Shown here: positions 48,086-57,988 of the stretch, piece after piece
Layout: each line of letters begins with the position of its first letter
Numbering within the stretch: the first letter of the stretch is position 1
Source of the DNA: an uncultured Bacteroides sp.
GTDB lineage: Bacteria > Bacteroidota > Bacteroidia > Bacteroidales > JACABE01
Reading direction: 5' to 3'
DNA length: 64,000 nucleotides
Assembly: GCA_964634005.1 (NCBI GenBank)
Contig: CAZWKQ010000012.1
Coordinates: 13,306 to 77,305, forward strand
Notes under the pieces: generated by a model
What the model was told of the DNA's origin: nothing
The model's database searches: none
What the model saw: the letters and a program-made list of their open reading frames with translations, nothing else
Program-made: the position numbers and the translations under genes

Positions 48086-49330
48086 ATGTTGGAAGTAAGC
48101 AGTAATATACCTTTTATCGTTCAGGTTTTTCTGTTATTGCTATTAGCAAGGGTTCTGGGCGAGCTTATGGAACGGTTTAACCAGCCTTCTATGATTGGAG
48201 AATTATTAGCAGGGGTCATATTAGGACCTTCATTACTGGGAGTTTCAATCGTTTCGCCATATTTAAAAGCAATATCCGATTTAGGGGTATTACTGCTTGT
48301 AATTTTAGCCGGATTAGAGATAGATATTAACGAACTCAAAAAATCAGTAAAAGGCAGAAACTTCTGGATTGCAATTCTTGGGTTCACAGTTCCTTTACTT
48401 TCAGGGCTTTTACTGGGTGTAATTTTTAAACTTAATTTTATACTGTCGGTATTTTTAGCATTATGTATTTCAATAACAGCTTTGCCTGTTAGTGTAAGAA
48501 TACTGATGGATATCGGAAAATTAAATACTGATATAGGGAGGAGAATAATTTCAACCGCTATATTTAACGATGTAGTCGCATTGTTAATTTTGGGTGTAGT
48601 GCTTGATACTAAAGAATATAGTGATAGCGTAAAAGAATTATCAATCAATATTACAATTTCGGTATTAAAAGTAGTTTTGTTTATGTTTTTTATGCTTTTT
48701 GCATACAAAATATTGGAAAAAACAAAACAAAAAATGCCGGTTTTTAATCAAAAACTCAATATGTTTCTTGACTTTCTGAAAGGTAAAGAATCGCTTTTTG
48801 CAATTGTAATGGTTTATGTACTGATTTTTTCGAGTATAGCCGAGTTAGTTGGATTGCATTTTGTAATTGGAGCATTTTTCGGTGCAATTTTATTACCAAG
48901 AGAAATGTTGGGAGTTGATAATTTCAAAAAAGTAAAACAGAGTACTTCAAGTATAACAATAGGATTTTTAGCTCCTATATTCTTTGCTTTTATGGGAGTT
49001 GAATTCAGTTTTAAGTCAATTAGTAATTATATTTTACTTTTATCAGTAATTTTAGCATCGTTTATAAGTAAAATATTAGGCGGTTATATAGGCGGACGTC
49101 TGGCTAATTTCAACAAACAGAAATCTTTGGCTATAGGAATCGGTTTAAACGCAAGAGGTATAATGGAGCTTGTTATTGCCAATATTGCTCTTCAGAACAA
49201 ATTCATTGATATATCAATGTTTTCTATTCTTGTTCTAATGGGGTTAATTACAACAATGGTAACACCGTTTTTACTTAAAACAGCTTTTAAAAAAATTGAC
49301 GCCAAGAAGTATTCAAAATTTTCAATTTAA
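48086..49330 (+). CDS. Cation:proton antiporter (CPA2 family)
   Basis: GELLAGVILGPS, SITALPV, AIFNDV, GAFFG, LNARG.MEL. Confidence 0.9.
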   Translation: MLEVSSNIPFIVQVFLLLLLARVLGELMERFNQPSMIGELLAGVILGPSLLGVSIVSPYLKAISDLGVLLLVILAGLEIDINELKKSVKGRNFWIAILGFTVPLLSGLLLGVIFKLNFILSVFLALCISITALPVSVRILMDIGKLNTDIGRRIISTAIFNDVVALLILGVVLDTKEYSDSVKELSINITISVLKVVLFMFFMLFAYKILEKTKQKMPVFNQKLNMFLDFLKGKESLFAIVMVYVLIFSSIAELVGLHFVIGAFFGAILLPREMLGVDNFKKVKQSTSSITIGFLAPIFFAFMGVEFSFKSISNYILLLSVILASFISKILGGYIGGRLANFNKQKSLAIGIGLNARGIMELVIANIALQNKFIDISMFSILVLMGLITTMVTPFLLKTAFKKIDAKKYSKFSI

Positions 49331-49391
49331 ATTTATTCTTATGTAATGCTTAAGGATTCTAAAAGTATTAAATTTGCTCAAAAATTTTAAA

Positions 49392-50042
49392 ATGGGAATA
49401 TTCAATCAACTGTTAGACTTTATAATGCATATTGATGTGCATTTAAACAACTGGGTTTCAACCTATCAAACATGGACATATTTAATTTTGTTTTTGATTA
49501 TTTTTTGTGAAACCGGCTTAGTTGTAACACCTTTTTTACCAGGTGATTCACTATTGTTTGCCGCTGGAACTATAGCAGCAATGGATGGTCAACCTTTAAA
49601 CGTTTTTTTCTTAATTCCAGTTATTTTAATTGCAGCTTTTGCCGGTGACAATACGAACTTTTTTATCGGCAATCTTATAGGTCATAAGGTTTACGAAAAA
49701 AATTACAAATTGATAAAACGCGAGTATCTCGATAAAACACATAAGTTTTATGAAAAACATGGCGGTAAAACTTTAATTATAGCTCGTTTTATGCCAATTA
49801 TAAGAACATTTGCTCCTTTTGTAGCCGGTGTTGGCGAAATGAAGTACTTGCGATTTGTTTCATTCAGTATTATTGGTAATTTACTGTGGGTTTTCCTTTT
49901 TATTCTGGCCGGATATTACTTCGGGAACATTCCTTATGTTAAAAAGAATTTCACTTTAGTAATAGTAAGCATAATAATAATTTCTCTATTACCGCCTGTT
50001 ATTGCGGCACTTAAACAAGGTTTTTCAAAAAATAAAGATTAA
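49392..50042 (+). CDS. dedA: DedA family protein
   Basis: ETGLVVTPFLPGDSLLF, ARFMPIIRTFAPFVAG. Start reassigned to the ATG at 49392. Confidence 0.93.
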   Translation: MGIFNQLLDFIMHIDVHLNNWVSTYQTWTYLILFLIIFCETGLVVTPFLPGDSLLFAAGTIAAMDGQPLNVFFLIPVILIAAFAGDNTNFFIGNLIGHKVYEKNYKLIKREYLDKTHKFYEKHGGKTLIIARFMPIIRTFAPFVAGVGEMKYLRFVSFSIIGNLLWVFLFILAGYYFGNIPYVKKNFTLVIVSIIIISLLPPVIAALKQGFSKNKD

Positions 50043-50380
50043 CCTTGTCTTATGAAATGTTTCATTTCATTTGGAATAACCAAAGATAGCTCTATATAAC
50101 CGCTATATTCACCGTTTTTATACCAAGGTGACTGATAAATGAGCTTTTTTATACCGTTTTTTTCAATAGTATAAGCATTTAATACGGGATTTTTCAACAT
50201 TTCCATTAGCAATGACTTTGCCGGTTCGGGATGGCAGTCACCAAGATTATTTCCTATAATCTTTTTTCCGCCATATTTCGAAAATGTGTCGATAGATTTA
50301 TCGTTCATATAAACTACTTTCCCTTCTTTATCGCAAACCGTAATTGCAAAAGGAAGTTCATTATGCCATTCTGTTTCCAT
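50039..50380 (-). CDS. Stand-alone PAS-domain protein
   Basis: AITVCDKEG.VVYMN, IGNNL.DCHP PAS signature; no effector domain. Confidence 0.8.
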   Translation of the reverse strand: METEWHNELPFAITVCDKEGKVVYMNDKSIDTFSKYGGKKIIGNNLGDCHPEPAKSLLMEMLKNPVLNAYTIEKNGIKKLIYQSPWYKNGEYSGYIELSLVIPNEMKHFIRQG

Positions 50381-50383
50381 AAA

Positions 50384-52444
50384 CTATTTACAAAATTTGT
50401 TAATTTCATTATTTGCTTTGATATATCCAAGTTCTAAAGCTGTATTAAAATCATTGCAAGCTGCAATTTTGTTGTTGGACTGTAAATTAGCGAAACCTCT
50501 TTTATGATATGCCTCACCGGCTTTAGGATTCAACTCTATACACTTATTGTAATCGGATATTGCTTCGTTTATTTTACTGCTGTATAGGAAAACATTGCCT
50601 CGATTGTAATAGTAATCAGCCTTTTTGTCTTCAAGTTCTATGGCTTTGTTCAAATCTGCCAATGCTCCTGAGATATCCTTTAAGAAAAATTTGGTACTGC
50701 CTCTGTTTGAGTAATAAATTGCTTTATTGGGATTGTATTTTATGGCATTATTATAATCAATTATTGCCTGCTCCAAATTTCCCATACGTGCATTTGAATT
50801 AGCTCTGTTGTAGTATGTATCTGCATCTTTGGGGTTGAATTTTAATGCTTTATTATAAAGAATCATTGCTTTTTCAATGTTATTTTTATTGAAATACACA
50901 TTTGCAATTCCTGTGTAAGCAGCACTTTGAGTTGAATCTAAATTAAGTACCTGATTATAAATATTTAACGATAATTCTTCACGTCCGGAGCTATAATAAG
51001 CATTTCCCAATTGAACTAATGCTTGAACATAATTAGGATTAATTTTTAATGACGATTGAAAATCATTTATTGCTGAATTATAATCACTTAACTCCATATA
51101 AATCAAACCTCTGCTATAATATGCTTCGGGAATAGTTTTGTTTATTTGAATACTCATATTATAATCGGAGATAGCCTTCTGAAAATTCCCGATTTTTTTA
51201 AAAGCATTTCCCCTATTGATATATGCTGTAGCATTATTAGGATTCTTTTTTATAGTATCATTCCAAAGATTAATACTGTTTGCCCATACTTCATTACGAA
51301 TTATTGTATTAAAACCCAATAAATGGAAATATATAAGTGCAAATGCCATTAGATGTCTTTTATAATTAGAATATTTCAAAAATAACTTCTCAAAGCTATA
51401 TGAAACAACTAAAAATATCCCTATTGATGCTATATAGCTGAACCTGTCAGCCATAAAAGCAATACCGACAGGGAAAAACTGAAGCATAAGAAATATGTTT
51501 ACCAAAAAGAAAAGTAACCCGAAGAAAAATGTATAATGCTTTCTTTTATAAAATATAAAAATTAAATAAAAAAACAGCACTGAAAATAAAGCTATTAGAA
51601 TTGTATATAAATTCACACTCCCACTTTTAAATGGGTAATAATAAATTGCCGATAATTTTACTGGGATAATTAATTTAAAAATATACATTGGCAACGCATA
51701 AGCCGACAACAAAAGGCGTTCGGGCAAAGTATATGATAATCCTTCGGAATAAGCAGTTTGAGATACTTTTATTGCTATTATTCCAAATATTAATGAAAGA
51801 ATAAAAAATGGTATTAAAGTCTTATAGTTTTTAATATTTTTACTAATCAGAAATTCAACTAAAACTAAAACCAATGGCAATGTAACAGCTTGAGATTTAG
51901 AAAGTAATGACAGGAGAAAGAAAAGAATTGAATAAAATAAGTATTTGTTTGTTTTAATCAATCTATACTTTATATAATGAAATATCGACAGCAGGAAGAA
52001 GAATGAATAAAGAACGTCTTTTCTTTCGGTAATCCACGCAACCGATTCAACCTGCATTGTCGAAATTCCAAACATTAATGCGGTTCCAAAAGCAATACGA
52101 ACCGACGAAAATAACGTTTTAATAATAATAAAAACGAGCAATGTATTTGCTAAATGTAGTAATAAGTTTGTAAGATGAAATATAAACGGATTCCCGCCAC
52201 CAATTTGATAATCAATTGCTAACGAAACAATACTCAAAGGAACGTATGTTCCGGTAAAACTTTGTTTAAAGATTTGAAAAAAATTATTCAAACTTAACTG
52301 ATGAATCAGCTCATTATTAGTTACATAATATGGATCATCCCAATTTGTAAAATCATTATTTAGTGTGTTAAAAAAAGCTGCAAATACTATGCTCAATAAT
52401 AAAATATGCTGGAAATACCTATAATTTTTAATTTTCTCTATCAT
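50384..52444 (-). CDS. TMTC-like membrane GT-C protein with C-terminal TPR array
   Basis: FTNWDD motif, FHLTNLLLH, ESVAWITERKD, MADRFSY, RN.VW; about 8-9 TPRs (AY.NRG). Confidence 0.82.
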   Translation of the reverse strand: MIEKIKNYRYFQHILLLSIVFAAFFNTLNNDFTNWDDPYYVTNNELIHQLSLNNFFQIFKQSFTGTYVPLSIVSLAIDYQIGGGNPFIFHLTNLLLHLANTLLVFIIIKTLFSSVRIAFGTALMFGISTMQVESVAWITERKDVLYSFFFLLSIFHYIKYRLIKTNKYLFYSILFFLLSLLSKSQAVTLPLVLVLVEFLISKNIKNYKTLIPFFILSLIFGIIAIKVSQTAYSEGLSYTLPERLLLSAYALPMYIFKLIIPVKLSAIYYYPFKSGSVNLYTILIALFSVLFFYLIFIFYKRKHYTFFFGLLFFLVNIFLMLQFFPVGIAFMADRFSYIASIGIFLVVSYSFEKLFLKYSNYKRHLMAFALIYFHLLGFNTIIRNEVWANSINLWNDTIKKNPNNATAYINRGNAFKKIGNFQKAISDYNMSIQINKTIPEAYYSRGLIYMELSDYNSAINDFQSSLKINPNYVQALVQLGNAYYSSGREELSLNIYNQVLNLDSTQSAAYTGIANVYFNKNNIEKAMILYNKALKFNPKDADTYYNRANSNARMGNLEQAIIDYNNAIKYNPNKAIYYSNRGSTKFFLKDISGALADLNKAIELEDKKADYYYNRGNVFLYSSKINEAISDYNKCIELNPKAGEAYHKRGFANLQSNNKIAACNDFNTALELGYIKANNEINKFCK

Positions 52445-55260
52445 TTTACAAGTTTAGGTTTTAAATATTTGGATGTATAAGAGTTTTTACACTCTGAAAG
52501 TTCTTCAGGTGTACCTTCAAAAACCAGATAACCTCCTTTATCTCCTCCTTCGGGGCCTAATTCAATTATCCAGTCGGCACTTTTAATAATATCAATATTA
52601 TGTTCAACAATCAAAACAGAATGTCCATTGCTAATAAGCTCATCGAAAGAGGCTTTTAGTTTGTTTATATCATGAAAATGCAAGCCTGTTGTGGGTTCAT
52701 CGAAAATAAATAATGTTGGTTTGTCTGTGTAACCTTTATTCAAAAATGTTGCTAATTTAATTCTTTGAGCTTCTCCTCCACTTAATGAGCTTGATGATTG
52801 CCCTAATTTCACATAACCCAACCCAACTTTTAAAAGAGGCATTAACTTTTGAACTATATTAGCTTCAGTTGATTTTTTTTTCGATGTTGTAAAAAAATCA
52901 ATAGCTTGCTCTACAGTCATTTCTAAAACATCATATATGTTTTTGTCATTATATTTTATATCAAGAACTTCATCTTTAAACCTTTTACCTTTACAACTTT
53001 CGCAAATTAGCTTTAAATCAGCCATAAATTGCATTTCAATTTTCACAAAGCCCTCCCCTTCGCAGTCTTCGCAACGGCCGCCCTCAATGTTAAAAGAAAA
53101 ATAGCCTTGTTTGTAACCTCTGGCTTTTGATAGAGATTGCTCGGAAAACAACAAACGTATATCATCATAAGCTTTTACATAAGTAGCAGGATTTGAACGT
53201 GTTGACTTTCCTATTGGATTTTGATCAATATATTCGACATTAACTAATTTTTTCAAATCACCACTCACTCTTAAATATTTTCCGACCTTATCGCTATAAC
53301 CTTCATAATGAGACTTTAAAGCAGGATACAGTACGTTTTTAACAAGTGATGATTTACCGGAACCACTAACACCCGACACAACATTGATTAGATTCAATGG
53401 GATTTTTACGTTGATATTTTTAAGATTATTCTCAGATACGCCTTCCAAATAAATATAATCCTTCCATTTTCTTCTACTTTCGGGAATCATAATAGCTTTC
53501 GAGCCATTAAGATAATCTGCCGTCAATGAGCCTGATTTTTGAAGTAAATTTTCATAATTTCCGTTAAAAATTACTTCCCCGCCTTTCTCGCCGGCTAATG
53601 GTCCCATATCTATAATATTGTCGGCAACTTTCATAATCTCCTCATCGTGCTCAACAACAATTACGGTATTTCCTATCGATTTTAACCTTTTTAGTACACC
53701 AATAAGACGATTTGTATCTCGCGGATGCAACCCGACACTTGGCTCGTCGAGAATATACATAGAACCTACAAGATTACTGCCCAAAGACGTTGCCAAATTA
53801 ATCCTCTGTGTTTCTCCCCCCGAAAGTGTCGATGACAAACGATTTAATGTCAGATATCCTAACCCGACATCCTCAATGGTTTGTAACCGATTTATTATTT
53901 CCGTTAGTATTCTTTTTGCTACCTTTGATTCATAATTATTGAGTTCTAATTGTCTGAAAAAATTCAAATTATCTGACACAGAAGCAAGTACAATTTCAAC
54001 AATCGACTTCCCTCCAACTTTTACATAAGATGCATCTTTTCTCAACCTGCTGCCTTTGCATTCGGGACATATAGTTTTACCCCTGTATCGCGATAGCATT
54101 ACTCGATATTGAATTTTATAAGCTTGTTCCTCAATTCTTTTAAAAAATACATTCAAACCCTCAAAATACTCATTTCCTTCCCAAAGTATTCTTTTATGTT
54201 CTTCACTCAACTCAACATAAGGTTTATGAATAGGAAAGTCAAACAAATAAGCGGTGTTTATCAATTGTGTTTTCCAAGCTTCCATTTTTTCACCTCTCCA
54301 ACATGCAACAGCATCTTCATAAATTGAAAGATACTTATTTGGAATAACCAAATCTTCGTTAATGCCTATCACAGTTCCGAAACCCTCACAGTTTTTACAA
54401 GCACCGTAAGGATTATTGAAACTAAACAAATTTGTTGAAGGTTCTTCAAAAGTTATACCGTCAAGTTCAAATCGATTTGAGAATTTTATGCTTTTTTGTG
54501 TATCATTAAATTTATAATGCACATTACAATATCCTAATCCTTCGTAAAATGCAGTCTGAACAGAATCAGCAACCCTTTCATATAATTCATTATCTTCCTT
54601 ATCTATAATTAATCTGTCAATTAAAAGTTCAATATTATCGGTCGATTTTGCTTTTTTATTAACAATATCTTCGATTAAATATATCTGATTATCAATATAG
54701 ACACGTGCGAAACCCTGTTGTTTGAATAGTTTTAATTGTTCTTCTATCGTACGATCGGTATAAATACTAATCGGTGCAGTTATAAAAACTTTTGTTTCAC
54801 TTGATAGCTCCTTAATGAAATCAACTACATCGCTTACTGTATGTCTTTTAACAATATTTCCGGATACAGGAGAATATGTTTTACCTATTCTAGCAAACAG
54901 TAACTTAAGGTATTCATAAACTTCCGTTGATGTTCCAACAGTTGAACGCGGATTACGATTATTTGTTTTTTGTTCAATTGCAATCGCAGGAGATATTCCG
55001 TTAATATAATCGACTTCAGGTTTGGCAATTCTACCTAAAAACTGGCGTGCATACGAGCTTAAACTTTCCACATATCTTCTTTGTCCTTCAGCAAAAAGAG
55101 TATCAAAGGCGAGGGAAGTTTTTCCCGAACCTGATAATCCGGTAATAACAGTAAGTTGGTTTCTTGGAATTACAACATCAATATTTTTTAAGTTATTAAC
55201 CCTCGCTCCTTTGATTATGATATCCCTAACATCCTCTTTTTTAATTTTTTCAGTAAACAT
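52441..55260 (-). CDS. uvrA: Excinuclease ABC subunit A
   Basis: GLSGSGKTSLAFDT, zinc fingers, LSGGETQRI, GVSGSGKSS, LSGGEAQRIKLA. Confidence 0.97.
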   Translation of the reverse strand: MFTEKIKKEDVRDIIIKGARVNNLKNIDVVIPRNQLTVITGLSGSGKTSLAFDTLFAEGQRRYVESLSSYARQFLGRIAKPEVDYINGISPAIAIEQKTNNRNPRSTVGTSTEVYEYLKLLFARIGKTYSPVSGNIVKRHTVSDVVDFIKELSSETKVFITAPISIYTDRTIEEQLKLFKQQGFARVYIDNQIYLIEDIVNKKAKSTDNIELLIDRLIIDKEDNELYERVADSVQTAFYEGLGYCNVHYKFNDTQKSIKFSNRFELDGITFEEPSTNLFSFNNPYGACKNCEGFGTVIGINEDLVIPNKYLSIYEDAVACWRGEKMEAWKTQLINTAYLFDFPIHKPYVELSEEHKRILWEGNEYFEGLNVFFKRIEEQAYKIQYRVMLSRYRGKTICPECKGSRLRKDASYVKVGGKSIVEIVLASVSDNLNFFRQLELNNYESKVAKRILTEIINRLQTIEDVGLGYLTLNRLSSTLSGGETQRINLATSLGSNLVGSMYILDEPSVGLHPRDTNRLIGVLKRLKSIGNTVIVVEHDEEIMKVADNIIDMGPLAGEKGGEVIFNGNYENLLQKSGSLTADYLNGSKAIMIPESRRKWKDYIYLEGVSENNLKNINVKIPLNLINVVSGVSGSGKSSLVKNVLYPALKSHYEGYSDKVGKYLRVSGDLKKLVNVEYIDQNPIGKSTRSNPATYVKAYDDIRLLFSEQSLSKARGYKQGYFSFNIEGGRCEDCEGEGFVKIEMQFMADLKLICESCKGKRFKDEVLDIKYNDKNIYDVLEMTVEQAIDFFTTSKKKSTEANIVQKLMPLLKVGLGYVKLGQSSSSLSGGEAQRIKLATFLNKGYTDKPTLFIFDEPTTGLHFHDINKLKASFDELISNGHSVLIVEHNIDIIKSADWIIELGPEGGDKGGYLVFEGTPEELSECKNSYTSKYLKPKLVK

Positions 55261-55345
55261 TTCAGAATTTTATTTTGATTTCAAAAGTAATAAATAAATG
55301 AAAACCAAAATTTCTAAAACTTAGTTATCTTTGCTTAAAAAAAAT

Positions 55346-57412
55346 ATGTTTTCAGTTAAAATCAATCATAAAGAAAGTCTTTTAGTATTTATTTTTATTA
55401 TTTTTTTTTCGTCTGTATTTTCACAACCAAAAATTGATTCGTTAAGAATAGAGCTAAATAAAAGAAAAGGCAGCGACCGTATTCCAATACTTCACTCATT
55501 AGCATTACAGTTTTCGGTAAAAAAACCCGACTCGGCAATTAATTATGCCAAAGAAGCTATTTTTTTGTCGAATCTCTATAAAAAGGAAGATTCTATTGGA
55601 GAGCTTTATCAAATACTCGGTAAAAACTATAAAGAAAAAATTGATTTTAAATCATCTTTAAATTATTACACACTTGCTTTAGAAATTTATAAAAATCAGA
55701 AAAACAAAGAGAAAAAAATATCTGAATTATATAATTCGATGGGAATTATCTACGGTAAAATTTATAATTACGAAAGAGCCTTTTATTATTTCCATCTTGC
55801 CGTAAATAACATGTTGAAAAACAATGATTTCGACAGACTTCCTCCTATATTAAACAATATTGGACTTATTTATTTGCACATAAAAGATTACGAAAAAGCC
55901 AAAGAAAATTTTCTCCGAGCATTATATATTTCAAAATCAAATAATAATTTGGCATCAAGTGTATCATCTCTATTCAATTTATCGGCTCTTTATGATAATT
56001 TGGATAATCAAAAAATATCTCTAAAATATCAATTTGAAGCATTAGAAATTTGTATAAAATTGAAAGATACTCTAAAAACTGCAATTTCAAAATTGAATAT
56101 AGGAATTTTTTATAATAAGTTATCAGAGCCAAATACAGCAATAAAATACCTGAATGAGGCTCAAGAAATATTTGAGAAAAGCTCCGATGCTTATAAATAT
56201 TACCAAACCTATACACTTCAAAATCTTGGAAGTGCCTATTTAAAGCTTAAAGAAAATGATAAAGCTTATAATTATTTAAAACAGGCATATGATATTTCTG
56301 TAAAAATAAAAGATAACGGATGTATTAGAAATTCTTTTGAAAATTTTTCAAAATTTTATGAAAAAACAGGTGATTATAAAACTGCACTCGAATATTATAA
56401 AAAATACAAAAGTATAAATGATAGTATTTTTACAAAAGAAAACAGCGATAAAATCGCAGAAATGCAAGTAAGATACGAAACCGAAGAAAAGGAAAAAGAA
56501 AATGAAATTTTAAGACAAAAAAATACTATTCAACAATTAGCCATTCAAAAGCAAATTTACTTAAGAAACACATTTATTGCCGTTTCCGGCATTGTTATAT
56601 TGCTGATTGTTTTGGTTTTGTATCGCTTTTATATAAAAAAGAAAGCTAATAAATTACTTTCAGAAAAAAATAAGATGATTACAGAACAAAAAGAAAAGCT
56701 CGAACTGGCCAATGCAACAAAAGATAAATTTTTCACTTTGCTTGCCCATGATCTAAAAACGCCATTTTATGTTATTATGAAATATGCTCATTATCTGAAA
56801 CTTGAAATAGATAAAATGTCGATTAATGAAAGAGATGCAATAATTAATGAACTTAACGATTATACCGAGCATATTTACGGCTTACTCGAAAACTTGCTTA
56901 CATGGTCGCGTTCTCAAAGAGGTATGATACATTTAAAAAAAGAAATGCTTAATGTTGCAGAAATAGTCGAAGATTCAGCAAAAACGTACAGTTACGAACA
57001 ACAGACAAAAGAAATTAAACTAACAATAGAAATACCGGAAAATTTACTTATTTACGCTGATAAATACACCATAAAAACTGTAATAGGCAATATTTACAAC
57101 AATGCAATAAAATTTACAAATATAGGTGGTGAGATAAAAATAAATGCAACGAAAAACGTTAAAAATAATGTAGAGATTTTGATTTCGGATAACGGTGTCG
57201 GAATTGATGAAGACAAAATAGAGAGTCTATTCACCATTGGTGAAAGCTATTCAACAGAGGGAACGATGAACGAAAAAGGAACCGGCTTAGGGTTGATTAT
57301 TTGTAAAGAATTTATTGATTTAAACAATGGAGATATAAGAGTTGTTAGTAAAAAAAATGAAGGAAGTACTTTTATAATCGAATTACCATCAAAAACAGAG
57401 GATGAAAACTAA
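55346..57412 (+). CDS. TPR-sensor histidine kinase
   Basis: Signal/TM, periplasmic TPRs, TM, AHDLKTPF, NAIKFT, GTGLGL. Start set at ATG 55346 because a TATCTTTG -7 motif lies at 55326-55333. Confidence 0.9.
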   Translation: MFSVKINHKESLLVFIFIIFFSSVFSQPKIDSLRIELNKRKGSDRIPILHSLALQFSVKKPDSAINYAKEAIFLSNLYKKEDSIGELYQILGKNYKEKIDFKSSLNYYTLALEIYKNQKNKEKKISELYNSMGIIYGKIYNYERAFYYFHLAVNNMLKNNDFDRLPPILNNIGLIYLHIKDYEKAKENFLRALYISKSNNNLASSVSSLFNLSALYDNLDNQKISLKYQFEALEICIKLKDTLKTAISKLNIGIFYNKLSEPNTAIKYLNEAQEIFEKSSDAYKYYQTYTLQNLGSAYLKLKENDKAYNYLKQAYDISVKIKDNGCIRNSFENFSKFYEKTGDYKTALEYYKKYKSINDSIFTKENSDKIAEMQVRYETEEKEKENEILRQKNTIQQLAIQKQIYLRNTFIAVSGIVILLIVLVLYRFYIKKKANKLLSEKNKMITEQKEKLELANATKDKFFTLLAHDLKTPFYVIMKYAHYLKLEIDKMSINERDAIINELNDYTEHIYGLLENLLTWSRSQRGMIHLKKEMLNVAEIVEDSAKTYSYEQQTKEIKLTIEIPENLLIYADKYTIKTVIGNIYNNAIKFTNIGGEIKINATKNVKNNVEILISDNGVGIDEDKIESLFTIGESYSTEGTMNEKGTGLGLIICKEFIDLNNGDIRVVSKKNEGSTFIIELPSKTEDEN

Positions 57413-57414
57413 AT

Positions 57415-57864
57415 TTATTTAAGTTTCGATCTCTCAATTTCCATTTTCGAGTCTTTTGTTTTCAAGCTTTCGCGTTTATCATAAAGCTTTTTCCCTTTGG
57501 CCAGCGAAATATCAATTTTTGCAAGACCATTATCGTTAATATACATAGCTGTAGGAATAATTGTAAATCCTTTTTCCTTGGTTTTATTCAAAAGTTTGCG
57601 AAGTTCTTTTTTTGTCAATAAGAGTTTTCTGTCTCTTTTTGGCTCATGATTCAAATAAGTTCCATAAGTATATTCAGAAATATGCATATTTCTGACAAAC
57701 AATTCATTACCGACAAAAACACAATAGGCTTCCGTAATTGATGCTTTACCTAACCTCAAAGACTTTATTTCTGTCCCTGTTAATTGAATTCCGGCAGTAA
57801 AATTTTCAATCAGAAAATATTCAAATGCAGCTTTTTTGTTTTTTATATTTACGACGTTATTCAT
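57415..57864 (-). CDS. smpB: SsrA-binding protein
   Basis: [33 protein letters not shown]. Start reassigned to the ATG at 57864. Confidence 0.96.
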   Translation of the reverse strand: MNNVVNIKNKKAAFEYFLIENFTAGIQLTGTEIKSLRLGKASITEAYCVFVGNELFVRNMHISEYTYGTYLNHEPKRDRKLLLTKKELRKLLNKTKEKGFTIIPTAMYINDNGLAKIDISLAKGKKLYDKRESLKTKDSKMEIERSKLK

Positions 57865-57988
57865 CGATTGCAAAATTACAAAAACTTTGCTTAGCTTTTT
57901 ATTGAAATAAAGCAAAATTTTACTGTCATTTTTTTAACAAACATTTACTATTTTTGTTATTATTTTTTTAAATTAACAATCTATAAAA

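Noticed and set aside
48121-48708. 195-aa minus-strand ORF and other long antisense or overlapping ORFs in the track (e.g. 3642-4127, 23937-24392, 13484-13831, 33385-33741)
   Set aside because: They lie within well-supported genes on the opposite strand or in another frame and have no recognisable motifs; typical shadow ORFs.
50384-51300. Repetitive sequence as a possible CRISPR array or DNA repeat
   Set aside because: Degenerate protein-level TPR repeats; no fixed-length nucleotide repeats with spacers.
57924-57939. TGTCA-N6-TAACA upstream of glnA, resembling a GlnR/TnrA box
   Set aside because: The spacer is 6 nt rather than 7, and GlnR/TnrA are not expected in Bacteroidota.
57415-57988. 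tmRNA (ssrA) next to smpB
   Set aside because: The flanking gaps are too short and have no GGGG...CCACCA ends.
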